In this document: piece by piece, positions 18,134 through 27,227 of the stretch | How positions within the stretch are numbered: the first letter of the stretch is position 1 | Layout of the letters: every line of letters begins with the position of its first letter | NCBI GenBank assembly: GCA_944332395.1 | Contig: CALVJV010000003.1 | Span: forward strand, 1-55,454 | DNA from: an uncultured Clostridia bacterium | GTDB lineage: Bacteria > Bacillota > Clostridia > Christensenellales > UBA1242 | Direction of reading: 5' to 3' | DNA: 55,454 nt | Translations under genes and position numbers: made by a program | Notes under the pieces: generated by a model | What the model was told of the DNA's origin: nothing | The model's input: only the letters and a program-made list of their open reading frames with translations | The model's database searches: none

Positions 18134-19915
18134 ATGGAACAAAACAGCATAGACTCTGATCTCATACGCGGACATATTGACACAATAATTTTAAAAATAT
18201 TAAAAACTGGCGATAGATATGGCTACGAAATAATAAAAGACGTCGAAACAAAGTCTAATGGGACATACGAACTAAAACAACCAACACTTTATAGTTGTTT
18301 AAAAAGACTTGAGTCTCAAGGGTTAATTAGTTCTTATTGGTCAGATAGCGACATTGGCGGAAAACGACATTATTATAAATTAACAGAACGCGGTGAAGAT
18401 AATCTTAAAAAAAACCAAGAGGAATGGTTAAAATCTAGATCCATTATAGACAATTTGATATATGAAGAGAATCAAACTCCCCCAAGCATATCTACTACAC
18501 AAAAAAATGATGACGAATTATTGCCAATCGATACTTCCAATAAAGATGATACGCAAATCAATAATTCCATTTCTGAAATCTCATATCAAAACGATGAGCA
18601 AGACAATTGGACAGACGAAGTTATAAATACTGAAATATCAAATCACGATAACGAATTAGAAAACATTTATAAGCAAATTGCAGAACACGAAATTGAAGAT
18701 GAAAACACTTTTAATCAACAAATAAAAGAAATAAATCCAAATGGATTTGTTCCGGAGTTTTCATCTGAAAACGACCAAGACACAATATTAAAAAACGCGC
18801 AATTAGCTCACGAAAATGAATTGCAAATTGCAGAAGATTCGCCATATGTAAGGGAAAATATAGAACAACAAGAAGAAACACCACTAGAATTATTAGCAGA
18901 AAACAATGAGTCAACACTCTTACAAAACTCAATCGATAATGATGATCAATATGAGTTTTCTACTTTTGCGGATGAAGCTCGTCGTCAAACTCAAATAGCA
19001 AAAAAAATACAAGAAGAACAAGAGTCTGAAATTCAAAAAACAAACAAAACTGAGGCACTTAATTTGCTATATGAAGGCACAGATTTTGTCGAAAATATTA
19101 AACAATTTCCAGACTCAAATAATAATTCAACATCTAATGCTATTGTCGAAGAACAAGAAGAACAACAAGAAAAGTTAAATCAAAATCAATTAACTAATGA
19201 ATTAAGCGAAGAGCAAAAACGCGCAACAATAAAAATGTTTGAAGGAAGAAAAATAGTTAATGCAAGTTTTATCGATTCAGATTACAAACAAGCATTAAAT
19301 GATCTATCAAAATATGCAGCAAACACATCTACATCTACTACACAAAATCAAATCAAAAATAGCGTGGAATACAAACCTCAAACTTACGCAACTATAAAAA
19401 AACAATTTGAGGAACAAGGTATATCGGTTAGAACTCATCAAAAGATAATAAAAGATAGACAAGAAAAAAATCATATTTTCACCAATAAAATCAAACTGGC
19501 TCGTTCATGGATAACTTTTGGAATAACTAGCTTAATTTTGGTTTTATCTATAATAATTTTAAAAACCACAAACATTGTTGATATGTCAATTAAAAATGCA
19601 TTACCACTTTATTTACCAGCATTTGTAATACTTCTAGCATATCCAGCAATTTACACAATAATATATTGGTGTGATCCACAAAAACGAGTAGTCGCAAAAT
19701 ATGCTCCAAGAATTTCAATATTGAGTTCAATATTATTTTTTATACAAGCTTTGGTAATAATATATGCCATAAATCTACAAACAGGGTTTACTAGCTTTAA
19801 TCAAAGCGGATACAATCATCTTGGTTGGCTAGTTCCTTGGTTGAGTTCGTTAGCAATTCTTATAAGTTCTATAACCTACTATATTTTATTTAAAAGCAAA
19901 AGATTTCATAGTTAA
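18134..19915 (+). CDS. PadR-family winged-helix regulator fused to long acidic/Gln-rich linker and C-terminal multi-pass membrane domain
   Basis: N-terminal IRGHIDTIILKIL..GDRYGYEI...LKQPTLYSCLKRLESQGLISSYW...GGKRHYYKLTERG is a PadR signature. About 350 aa of D/E/Q/N-rich linker. About 4 hydrophobic helices in the last ~140 aa. ATG 18134 is preferred over GTG 18116 because gtgaggag acts as the SD. Confidence 0.75.
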   Translation: MEQNSIDSDLIRGHIDTIILKILKTGDRYGYEIIKDVETKSNGTYELKQPTLYSCLKRLESQGLISSYWSDSDIGGKRHYYKLTERGEDNLKKNQEEWLKSRSIIDNLIYEENQTPPSISTTQKNDDELLPIDTSNKDDTQINNSISEISYQNDEQDNWTDEVINTEISNHDNELENIYKQIAEHEIEDENTFNQQIKEINPNGFVPEFSSENDQDTILKNAQLAHENELQIAEDSPYVRENIEQQEETPLELLAENNESTLLQNSIDNDDQYEFSTFADEARRQTQIAKKIQEEQESEIQKTNKTEALNLLYEGTDFVENIKQFPDSNNNSTSNAIVEEQEEQQEKLNQNQLTNELSEEQKRATIKMFEGRKIVNASFIDSDYKQALNDLSKYAANTSTSTTQNQIKNSVEYKPQTYATIKKQFEEQGISVRTHQKIIKDRQEKNHIFTNKIKLARSWITFGITSLILVLSIIILKTTNIVDMSIKNALPLYLPAFVILLAYPAIYTIIYWCDPQKRVVAKYAPRISILSSILFFIQALVIIYAINLQTGFTSFNQSGYNHLGWLVPWLSSLAILISSITYYILFKSKRFHS

Positions 19916-19941
19916 AAACATCCTCTTAAGAGGATGTTTTT
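19914..19941. terminator. bidirectional terminator between PadR-fusion gene and rnhA
   Basis: 14-bp perfect palindrome aaaaacatcctctt/aagaggatgttttt centred at 19927/19928, with A/T runs on both sides. It overlaps the last codons of rnhA. Confidence 0.65.
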
Positions 19942-20378
19942 TTGTATGCTTTTATTTGGCTAGTTGCCAATTCATCACAACGATTGTTTAGTTCATTGTC
20001 AGAATGCCCTTTTACTTTGATCCAATTAACAGACTTGTGACTTTTTACAAGGTTTATCAATCGAATCCATAAATCAATGTTTTTTACTTCTTTTTTATCA
20101 CTAGATTTCCAGTTGTTTTTTTCCCAATTTTCAACCCAACCTAAGTTAAAGGCATTTACGACATAAGCTGAATCCGAATACACATTAATAATACAAGTTT
20201 TTTTTAATGCTTCAAATCCTTTAATAACAGCCAATAATTCCATTCTATTGTTTGTTGTGTCCAACACAACACCAGAAAATTCTTTTCTTATATTTTTATA
20301 CACCAAAATACAACCCCAACCACCAATGCCAGGATTTCCAGAACATGCACCATCAGTATATAAATCAATTTTATTCAT
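19926..20378 (-). CDS. rnhA: ribonuclease HI
   Basis: YTDGACSGNPGIGGWG, NNRMEL, YSDSAY, VKGHSDNELNNRCDELA: the RNase H type 1 catalytic DEDD context. Confidence 0.9.
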   Translation of the reverse strand: MNKIDLYTDGACSGNPGIGGWGCILVYKNIRKEFSGVVLDTTNNRMELLAVIKGFEALKKTCIINVYSDSAYVVNAFNLGWVENWEKNNWKSSDKKEVKNIDLWIRLINLVKSHKSVNWIKVKGHSDNELNNRCDELATSQIKAYKKTSS

Positions 20379-20392
20379 AAATATGTATTACT

Positions 20393-20466
20393 TGGCAGGG
20401 GTGGAAGGAATCGAACCCTCCTCTGGAGTTTTGGAGACTCTCATTCTACCGATGAACTACACCCCT
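20393..20466 (-). tRNA. tRNA-Trp (anticodon CCA)
   Basis: The reverse complement AGGGGTGTAGTTCATCGGTAGAATGAGAGTCTCCAAAACTCCAGAGGAGGGTTCGATTCCTTCCACCCCTGCCA folds as a cloverleaf. It has a 7-bp acceptor stem, T-loop TTCGATT, anticodon loop CTCCAAA and an encoded CCA end. Confidence 0.9.
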
Positions 20467-20476
20467 AATTTGTTTA

Positions 20477-20505
20477 AGTTTAGCAAAAATAAGATATGTA
20501 GTCAA
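20477..20505 (-). promoter_or_regulatory. putative promoter of tRNA-Trp (TTGACT-17-TAAACT)
   Basis: On the minus strand: ttgact (20505-20500), a 17-nt spacer, taaact (20482-20477). About 10 nt before the tRNA 5' end. Confidence 0.5.
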
Positions 20506-20533
20506 GCATTAATAATATAATAAATATTAAAGT

Positions 20534-21370
20534 TTATTTTAATAATAGTTCAGCAGCATTGTTATAAAAAAGATTATCAATATCATCATCAGAAAAACCA
20601 AAACTTAATAATTTTTCGTAAATCAAACAAAACTGCTTATAATTAGACAAATTTTGAGGCAAGTCAGAAGTTCCAAAAAAATCAGAGCCAATAGCCAAAC
20701 CTTTTGTTGTCCCAAACAAATTAACAAAATATAAAATATTCTTTACGACATCATCAATTGTCGCTTTTTTTGATAAGGTTAAAAATTTACCAACAAAACA
20801 AAGTCCTACTAATCCTCCGCTTTCTGTGATTATTTTTAATTGATAATCTTTCAAATTCCTAAAATTTTGGCATACACCAAAAAAAGCGGCATGGGAGCAA
20901 ATTAATGGAAGACTTGAAATTTTGGCAACATCCATAAAGCTTCTTTCATTCAAATGAGCTACATCAATAAAAATTTTATTACTTTCTAAAGTTTTAACAA
21001 CTTTTTCACCAAAACTAGAAAGGCCTGACTGCTCAAGACAACCTCCTGCTAATTTGTTATCATAATTCCATGTCAAAGAACAATAGACTGGGTTAGAAAT
21101 CAAAAGTTTAAATATATTTTTTGAATTTAAAAATCCTAAATTTTCATAAGATAAAAATAAATTAGAAGCAATCCCATAACTGTCAATTTTTTCTTTTAAA
21201 TATAAAAAACTATTCATTTGATCAAACGCAACATTCTCATCATTAAATTCAGTAAATGAGGAACAAACTAAAGATGAAACGTTCTCGGAAACAAATGAAT
21301 TGAATTTAGAAAATAATTTTTTAGTTTTTATAACATTAAGAAAATCATTATGTAAATCAAAAATTCTCAT
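20534..21370 (-). CDS. membrane dipeptidase family (peptidase M19-like)
   Basis: MRIFDLHNDF (HxD), IDVAHLNERSF, ICSHAAF, GSDF blocks. ATG 21370 is preferred over the TTG at 21397. No clear SD. Confidence 0.65.
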   Translation of the reverse strand: MRIFDLHNDFLNVIKTKKLFSKFNSFVSENVSSLVCSSFTEFNDENVAFDQMNSFLYLKEKIDSYGIASNLFLSYENLGFLNSKNIFKLLISNPVYCSLTWNYDNKLAGGCLEQSGLSSFGEKVVKTLESNKIFIDVAHLNERSFMDVAKISSLPLICSHAAFFGVCQNFRNLKDYQLKIITESGGLVGLCFVGKFLTLSKKATIDDVVKNILYFVNLFGTTKGLAIGSDFFGTSDLPQNLSNYKQFCLIYEKLLSFGFSDDDIDNLFYNNAAELLLK

Positions 21371-21458
21371 ATAAAAGATATATGAAAGATTTAACAAAAA
21401 TAAAACAAAAAAACTGGTTTAAGTGCAAACTATTTTGAAGCTAGCAAAATAAATCAGA

Positions 21459-21493
21459 AAAAAGAACTTTATAATTAATATAAAATTCTTTTT
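21459..21493 (-). terminator. AU-rich hairpin/terminator downstream of rny
   Basis: Arms aaaaagaactttata and tataaaattcttttt (one mismatch) with flanking A/T runs. Confidence 0.4.
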
Positions 21494-21535
21494 AAAAATT
21501 AGTTTCAAAAACAAAAAACTAATCAGTCTATTTTT

Positions 21536-23098
21536 TTAAGATGCATAATCAACACTTCTAACTTCACGAATAATGTTAACTTTAATTTGTCCAGGGTATT
21601 GCATTTCTGATTCAATTTTTCTTGCAATTTCCTTCGCTAAAACAATAATTCCATCATCATTAACAACCTCAGGTTTTACAGCAATTCTCACTTCACGCCC
21701 TGCTGAAATAGCATAAGATGAAGCAACACCATCAAATGAATTTGCTATCTCTTCTAGTTGTTTTAAGCGTTTTACATAGTTTTCCATTGACTCTTTACGA
21801 GCACCAGGCCTTGAAGAAGAAATTGCATCAGCAACCTGAACTAAAATTGCTTCAATTGAGCCAAACTCAACAGCTCCATGATGCGCTTCAATACAATTTA
21901 CAACAAGATCACTTTCCTTATATTTTTTTGCGAGATCAACACCAATCGAAACATGAGTTCCTTCCATTTCAAAATCGACAGCCTTGCCAATATCGTGTAA
22001 GAGCCCGGCACGTTTTGCAAGAGCAACATCACAACCAAGTTCGCCAGCGAGAAGACCAGCAATGTATGAGGTTTCTAATGAGTGTTTAAGCGCATTTTGG
22101 CCATAACTTGTTCTATATTTTAGCCTTCCCAACAACTTAATAAGTTCCGGATGCAAACCATAAACACCAGCTTCAAAAGCGGCATTTTCACCTGTATCTT
22201 TGATAGTAAATTCAATTTCTTTTTTCACTTTTTCGACGACTTCTTCAATTCTAGCCGGGTGAATTCTACCATCATTAATTAATTTTTCAAGAGTTAATCG
22301 AGCAACCTCTCTACGAATTGGGTCAAAACAAGAAATAAAAATTGCTTCAGGAGTATCATCAACAATAAGTTCTGTTCCGGTAGCTGCTTCAATTGATGCA
22401 ATATTTCGGCCTTCTCTACCAATTATTCGACCTTTCATCTCATCATTTGGCAAAGCAACTGTCGAAACAGTAACTTCGGCAGTATGATCAGTCGCACACT
22501 TTTGGATAGCTAAAGCAACAATATTTTTTGCTTCTTTTTCAGCATTGTCTCTGGCTTCCTGTTCAATTGCCCTAACCAGGGCGCCAGCCTCTTTTTTTGC
22601 ATCCATTTCAATTGACTTTATCAATTGAGATTTCGCTTCTTCTTTAGTCATACCACCAATTTTTTCGAGCAGTTTATCAACCTGTAAATTCTTATTTAAA
22701 AGGTCCTCTTCTGCCTGTTTGAGCAATTTGTTTCTTTTTTCCAAATCACGTTTCTCTTCATCATTTATAGCAAATCTTTTATCAAGAACCTCTTCTCTCC
22801 TATCCAAATTTGCTTCTTTTTGTAATAATCTATTCTCATTTTTAGAAAGCTCGTTGCGTCGTTCAGCGAGTTCCCGATTGGCTTCGTTTGTAATACGAAT
22901 AATTTCTTCCTTTGTTTCCAAAATAGACTCTTTTTTGTGTGTAATAGCATCTTGCTTGGCTTGCTCAATAATTTGATCAGCCTTTAATTTGGCGTTCCCG
23001 ATTTTTGATTTTTGTACATATTTAAGGCCAAAAAAGCCCCCAACTCCGCCTAAAGCCAAAGCTACAACACCCACAATAACAAAATATACTGCGAGCAT
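21536..23098 (-). CDS. rny: ribonuclease Y
   Basis: N-terminal TM segment, long coiled coil, KH domain ([11 protein letters not shown]), HD domain (LLHDIGKA...EAHH). SD aaggaggg. recA-rny synteny. Confidence 0.95.
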   Translation of the reverse strand: MLAVYFVIVGVVALALGGVGGFFGLKYVQKSKIGNAKLKADQIIEQAKQDAITHKKESILETKEEIIRITNEANRELAERRNELSKNENRLLQKEANLDRREEVLDKRFAINDEEKRDLEKRNKLLKQAEEDLLNKNLQVDKLLEKIGGMTKEEAKSQLIKSIEMDAKKEAGALVRAIEQEARDNAEKEAKNIVALAIQKCATDHTAEVTVSTVALPNDEMKGRIIGREGRNIASIEAATGTELIVDDTPEAIFISCFDPIRREVARLTLEKLINDGRIHPARIEEVVEKVKKEIEFTIKDTGENAAFEAGVYGLHPELIKLLGRLKYRTSYGQNALKHSLETSYIAGLLAGELGCDVALAKRAGLLHDIGKAVDFEMEGTHVSIGVDLAKKYKESDLVVNCIEAHHGAVEFGSIEAILVQVADAISSSRPGARKESMENYVKRLKQLEEIANSFDGVASSYAISAGREVRIAVKPEVVNDDGIIVLAKEIARKIESEMQYPGQIKVNIIREVRSVDYAS

Positions 23099-23173
23099 AG
23101 TATGCCCTCCTTTTTAATAAAAATTGTTGTCTAAATGAAACAGATAAACTGTTTATTAGTCAACTACAAATTC

Positions 23174-23202
23174 ATTTTAGCAAACATAGAAACAAAAGTC
23201 AA
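23174..23202 (-). promoter_or_regulatory. putative rny promoter (TTGACT-17-TAAAAT)
   Basis: On the minus strand: ttgact (23202-23197), a 17-nt spacer, taaaat (23179-23174). Confidence 0.5.
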
Positions 23203-23238
23203 ACAAATTAACATTAACAAAATTTAGTGAAAAAAAAC

Positions 23239-24249
23239 TTAAACTTTTGCACACTCTCTAATTCTATTTTCAATTTCTTCTAATATTTCTGGATGAAGTT
23301 TTAAAAATGCTTTTGCGTTTTCTTTGCCCTGCCCAATTTTTTCATCAGCATACGAGAACCATGCCCCACTTTTTTGGACAATATTATTATCAATAGCAAC
23401 ATCTAGAATACAGCCTTCTTTAGAAATACCCAATCCATAGATAATATCAAATTCAGCACTTTTAAAAGGAGGCGCTAATTTATTTTTAACTATTTTTGCG
23501 CGTGTTCTGTTTCCTACAGTATCACTTCCATCTTTAATTGCATCTGCTTTTCTTACATCAATTCTAATAGAAGAATAGAACTTTAAAGCTTTACCGCCAG
23601 GAGTTACTTCAGGTGAACCATACATAACTCCAACCTTCTCTCGAAGTTGGTTAATAAAAATGACACAAGTATTCGTTTTGTTAGTAATACCAGCAAGTTT
23701 TCTTAATGCTTGGCTCATAAGCCTAGCCTGTAATCCAACATGACTATCTCCCATTTCGCCATCAATTTCAGCTTTTGGGGTTAATGCAGCAACTGAATCA
23801 ACAACAATAACATCAAATGCACCGCTACGAACCAATGTTTCAGCAATTTCCAGCCCTTGTTCGCCGGTATCAGGCTGGGAAACATAAAGATTTTCCAAAT
23901 CCACTCCTAATCTACCAGCATAAGTAGGATCCAACGCATGTTCAGCATCAATAAACGCTGCTGTTCCGCCTAAACGTTGAGCTTCGGCAATTATGTGCAA
24001 AGAAACAGTAGTTTTTCCAGATGATTCTGGCCCAAATATTTCAATAATTCTACCTCTGGGAATTCCACCGATCCCAAGAGCCATATCCAAAGTTAAACAA
24101 CCTGTTGGAATTACATCAATTTTTGTTTGAACATCATCTCCGAGTTTCATAATTGAACCTTTGCCATACATTTTTTCAATTTGTGAAACAACTTGTTCTA
24201 AAGCTTTTTCCTTATCTAAATTTGTAGAACCTTTTGTAATTTTTTCCAT
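23239..24249 (-). CDS. recA: recombinase RecA
   Basis: [10 protein letters not shown], Walker [31 protein letters not shown] 24249 is preferred (SD aaggaagg) over GTG 24255. Confidence 0.97.
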   Translation of the reverse strand: MEKITKGSTNLDKEKALEQVVSQIEKMYGKGSIMKLGDDVQTKIDVIPTGCLTLDMALGIGGIPRGRIIEIFGPESSGKTTVSLHIIAEAQRLGGTAAFIDAEHALDPTYAGRLGVDLENLYVSQPDTGEQGLEIAETLVRSGAFDVIVVDSVAALTPKAEIDGEMGDSHVGLQARLMSQALRKLAGITNKTNTCVIFINQLREKVGVMYGSPEVTPGGKALKFYSSIRIDVRKADAIKDGSDTVGNRTRAKIVKNKLAPPFKSAEFDIIYGLGISKEGCILDVAIDNNIVQKSGAWFSYADEKIGQGKENAKAFLKLHPEILEEIENRIRECAKV

Positions 24250-24268
24250 AAACACCTTCCTTTAATCA

Positions 24269-24297
24269 TTTATAACACAATTCAAATAATATATCAA
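24269..24297 (-). promoter_or_regulatory. putative recA promoter (TTGATA-17-TATAAA with TGn)
   Basis: On the minus strand: ttgata (24297-24292), a 17-nt spacer ending in tgt, tataaa (24274-24269). Confidence 0.45.
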
Positions 24298-24303
24298 ATA
24301 TTT

Positions 24304-24315
24304 GAACGCATGTTC
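24304..24315. promoter_or_regulatory. LexA operator (Cheo box) upstream of recA
   Basis: Perfect palindrome GAACGCATGTTC (GAAC-N4-GTTC), about 55 nt upstream of the recA ATG and just upstream of its promoter. It overlaps the stop codon of the cinA-like gene. Confidence 0.8.
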
Positions 24316-24955
24316 AAAAAATTTTTTTTGCCAACAACGCTAATCCTAAAAAAGATAATTGATCAGAAACCGACCTTTTACCCCCAATTAAATTATAATT
24401 CTTTGTATAAATTTGGTCAAACACCAAAACAGAAACAGAACAATTTGAAGACAAAAGCAAATTATCTTCATTATGAGAAACAGACACAAATACAATATCC
24501 GCATTTGTCATGTCTTTAATATGTTTTGCCAAAACGCCAGAATCATCGCTTCCATAACATTTAATTAAATCATCAAACAAGGCAGTGGTCTGTGAAAAAA
24601 CGAGCAAATTGTCAATTTTTTCAGAATTAGAAAGCAAAGACGAAACGACAAATCCTCTTGTTCCTTGTTCAAGTATAGCAATACTCATATTTCTAACTTC
24701 GAGTAAATCACAAACTCTCTCCTGAGGCGTTTGTTCATTATCAGTATAAACATATGGCAAAAGAGTTCTTAACACATCAGCAAACACGAATTTGTTATTA
24801 TCATTAATATCACAAGAAAAAACAATTTCATGATTAATCTCTTCCACATGAGGATTAATTAGGTTAAGATGCCTAATAAACTGAAGTTCATCTAAAACTT
24901 CGGAATATGAAATATCAGTCATTTTGAGAATTTTTTTCATTTTCACTTTTATCAC
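24314..24955 (-). CDS. divergent CinA C-terminal (PncC-like) domain protein
   Basis: Sits in the pgsA-cinA-recA position. MSIAILEQGTRGFVVSSLL aligns by eye with CinA LTISAAESLTGGL, and ADIVFVSVS with ADIGISFTG, but the signature residues are replaced. The start is uncertain (GTG 24955, ATG 24940 or ATG 24922). Confidence 0.45.
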   Translation of the reverse strand: MIKVKMKKILKMTDISYSEVLDELQFIRHLNLINPHVEEINHEIVFSCDINDNNKFVFADVLRTLLPYVYTDNEQTPQERVCDLLEVRNMSIAILEQGTRGFVVSSLLSNSEKIDNLLVFSQTTALFDDLIKCYGSDDSGVLAKHIKDMTNADIVFVSVSHNEDNLLLSSNCSVSVLVFDQIYTKNYNLIGGKRSVSDQLSFLGLALLAKKIF

Positions 24956-25556
24956 TTTTAAGAATAGAACTGGACTTAACTATGTAATTAACGCAAGAAA
25001 TAAGAGCCAAAAGAGTTCCTAAACAAACCAAAGATATACCAATATAAGAAATAAATTCAATGGTAGTATTACCAGCAAAAATAGTTTTTTCGCCATTTTT
25101 AAAAACCGAACACAAACCAACATAAAACAATAGAATTCCTACACCTGTATCTAACACCACCGACTTTAGTTTCCCAATTTTATCAGCAGCAATAACAGTT
25201 CCATTTTTTGCAGCAACTTGACGAACACCAGAAATAATTATGTCGCGAGATATAATAATAATTAAAGTTATAATAGAAAGCCATGTCCATGGTATTGCAA
25301 AGGAGAAAGTAACAAGGATCAATCCTGCTGTAGACAAAACCTTATCCGCGATCTGGTCAATAAATTTACCAAAATCGGTAATAAGATTATATTTTCTTGC
25401 AATAATGCCATCGACAGTATCAGAAAACGACCCTACGATATAAACAAACAAAGCTGCAAAATAACCAATACCCATAGGAATTGGTGCTAAAAACATGGCT
25501 ACCATTACTGGCATACAACAAATTCTAAAAATAGAAATTTTATTAGGCAAATTCAT
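24915..25556 (-). CDS. pgsA: CDP-diacylglycerol--glycerol-3-phosphate 3-phosphatidyltransferase
   Basis: CDP-alcohol phosphatransferase motif DTVDGIIARKYNLITDFGKFIDQIADK. Multiple TM helices. SD gaaggag. Confidence 0.9.
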   Translation of the reverse strand: MNLPNKISIFRICCMPVMVAMFLAPIPMGIGYFAALFVYIVGSFSDTVDGIIARKYNLITDFGKFIDQIADKVLSTAGLILVTFSFAIPWTWLSIITLIIIISRDIIISGVRQVAAKNGTVIAADKIGKLKSVVLDTGVGILLFYVGLCSVFKNGEKTIFAGNTTIEFISYIGISLVCLGTLLALISCVNYIVKSSSILKSDKSENEKNSQND

Positions 25557-27226
25557 ATTCTTTCTCCTTCTAGGTCATAATCAACGACCTTATTAATTTT
25601 AATTTTATAAAATTCACCGGCCAAAACTGGTTCACGAGATGAAAAGAAAACACAAGTATCAATCTCTGGAGCCTGATATTGACTTCTTCCAAAATAGAGT
25701 TTTCTAACATTATCAAACCCTTCGCAAAGCACATCATAAGTATTACCAACATGTTTTTTCTTTGCTACTCTACGATGAATTTGTTTTTGCAACTTAACAA
25801 GTTTTACGAGTCTTCTACTTTTTACTACTTCATCGACTTGATTTGGCAAATCAAAAGCTTCAGTACCGGCTTCTCTAGAATAAGCAAAAAATCCAACATT
25901 CGATAATTTATTGTGTTTTATAAAATTATAGAGCAATTTAAAATCTTTTTTTGTTTCACCAGGAAACCCAACCATATAAGTAGTTCTAATTGAGATAAAA
26001 TTAGGTTCATTCTTTAATTTTTTTATTAATGAAACAGTATACTCATAATTACATCTTCTATTCATTTTGTTTAAAATTGAAGTAGAAACATGCTGGAAAG
26101 GAACATCAACATAGTTGCAGACTTTTGGATTATTTGCAATTTCATTAATTAAATCATCTGACACCATCTCAGGATAACAGTACAATAATCTAATCCAAAC
26201 TAACCCACTAATTTCGGATAATTTCTGCAACAACTCAACAAGTCTTGGCTTTCCATACAAATCAATTCCATATCTAGTTGTATCTTGAGCTACTAAAACA
26301 ATTTCTCTAGCCCCATGAGCAACCAGCGAAGAAGCTTCTTCTACCAAACTCTCAATATCACGTGATCTATATCTGCCTCTAATATATGGAATAGTACAAA
26401 ATGAACAAAAATTATTACAACCATCAGCGATTTTCAAGTATGCAAGATACGACGGAGTGGTCGTAACTCTATTTTTTACATAATCTAAACACATAGGAGA
26501 AGAGTTAACACGAATTTTTTTATTTTCGGATAAAAGAGAATCAACAATTTCTACAATATTTTTATACTCATTTATACCAATAAGCGCATCAACTTCTGGA
26601 AATTCATTACGCAAACTTTTAATATCATATTGAGGCAAACAACCCGAAACAATTAATTTTTTACAGGATCCTCTTTTTTTATATTCGGACATTTCAGCAA
26701 TTGCATCTTCGGATTCATCTCTGGCAGACTTAATAAAACAACAAGTATTAATAACAATAATTTCTGCTTTTTGAGGATCATTAGTAAACTTATATCCAGC
26801 ATTTTTTAAAAGAGTAAGCATGTTCTCGGTATCAACTCTATTTTTATCACAGCCAAGAGATACAACACCAATTAAAGGTTTCTTTTTTGAACTATCAATT
26901 TCGGAATCATTATCAGAATTTTTATTAACGACCTTTTTTCCTTTACGCAAATTTCTTTTGGATTCTTTTGTTGAGTTATTTTTTCTTTTTAAAGCTTGTT
27001 CAGAATTCTTTAACGAATTTGATGTTTTTATTTTCTTTTTATTATTCGTATTTGTTTTGCGTATCTTTTTTTCAATTTTATTAGATTCACCCACTTTCTT
27101 TTCTTCAGGAAAAGAAATATTTTCTGTAATAACTTTTTTAGGCCTACCCCTGCGTTTTGCATGAGTTTGATTTAAGTTGTTATTACTTTCTTCCAACAAT
27201 TCACCATCATTTGTCCTTTTAACCAT
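25553..27226 (-). CDS. rimO: ribosomal protein S12 methylthiotransferase RimO with ~115-aa basic N-terminal extension
   Basis: Core VSLGCDKNRVDTE...NTCCFI, radical SAM CNNFCSFCTIPYIRG, TRAM-like C-terminus. Sits in the ftsK-rimO-pgsA position. The extension is K/N/S-rich and contains KRRGRPKK. Confidence 0.85.
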   Translation of the reverse strand: MVKRTNDGELLEESNNNLNQTHAKRRGRPKKVITENISFPEEKKVGESNKIEKKIRKTNTNNKKKIKTSNSLKNSEQALKRKNNSTKESKRNLRKGKKVVNKNSDNDSEIDSSKKKPLIGVVSLGCDKNRVDTENMLTLLKNAGYKFTNDPQKAEIIVINTCCFIKSARDESEDAIAEMSEYKKRGSCKKLIVSGCLPQYDIKSLRNEFPEVDALIGINEYKNIVEIVDSLLSENKKIRVNSSPMCLDYVKNRVTTTPSYLAYLKIADGCNNFCSFCTIPYIRGRYRSRDIESLVEEASSLVAHGAREIVLVAQDTTRYGIDLYGKPRLVELLQKLSEISGLVWIRLLYCYPEMVSDDLINEIANNPKVCNYVDVPFQHVSTSILNKMNRRCNYEYTVSLIKKLKNEPNFISIRTTYMVGFPGETKKDFKLLYNFIKHNKLSNVGFFAYSREAGTEAFDLPNQVDEVVKSRRLVKLVKLQKQIHRRVAKKKHVGNTYDVLCEGFDNVRKLYFGRSQYQAPEIDTCVFFSSREPVLAGEFYKIKINKVVDYDLEGERI

Positions 27227-27227
27227 A

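Noticed and set aside
20393-20466. tRNA-Trp as an integration site of a mobile element
   Set aside because: There is no integrase or phage gene next to it, and I found no second copy of the tRNA 3' end in the window. The flanking genes (rnhA, dipeptidase, rny) are housekeeping genes.
20248-20520. 90-aa plus-strand ORF
   Set aside because: It runs antisense through rnhA and across the tRNA-Trp gene, so it is an artefact of the ORF caller.
21718-22089. 123-aa plus-strand ORF antisense to rny (and similar antisense ORFs at 2714-3133, 22719-22976, 26820-27164, 33780-34100, 44830-45150, 53404-53802)
   Set aside because: All are embedded antisense in genes with clear family signatures. None has an SD or a recognisable motif.
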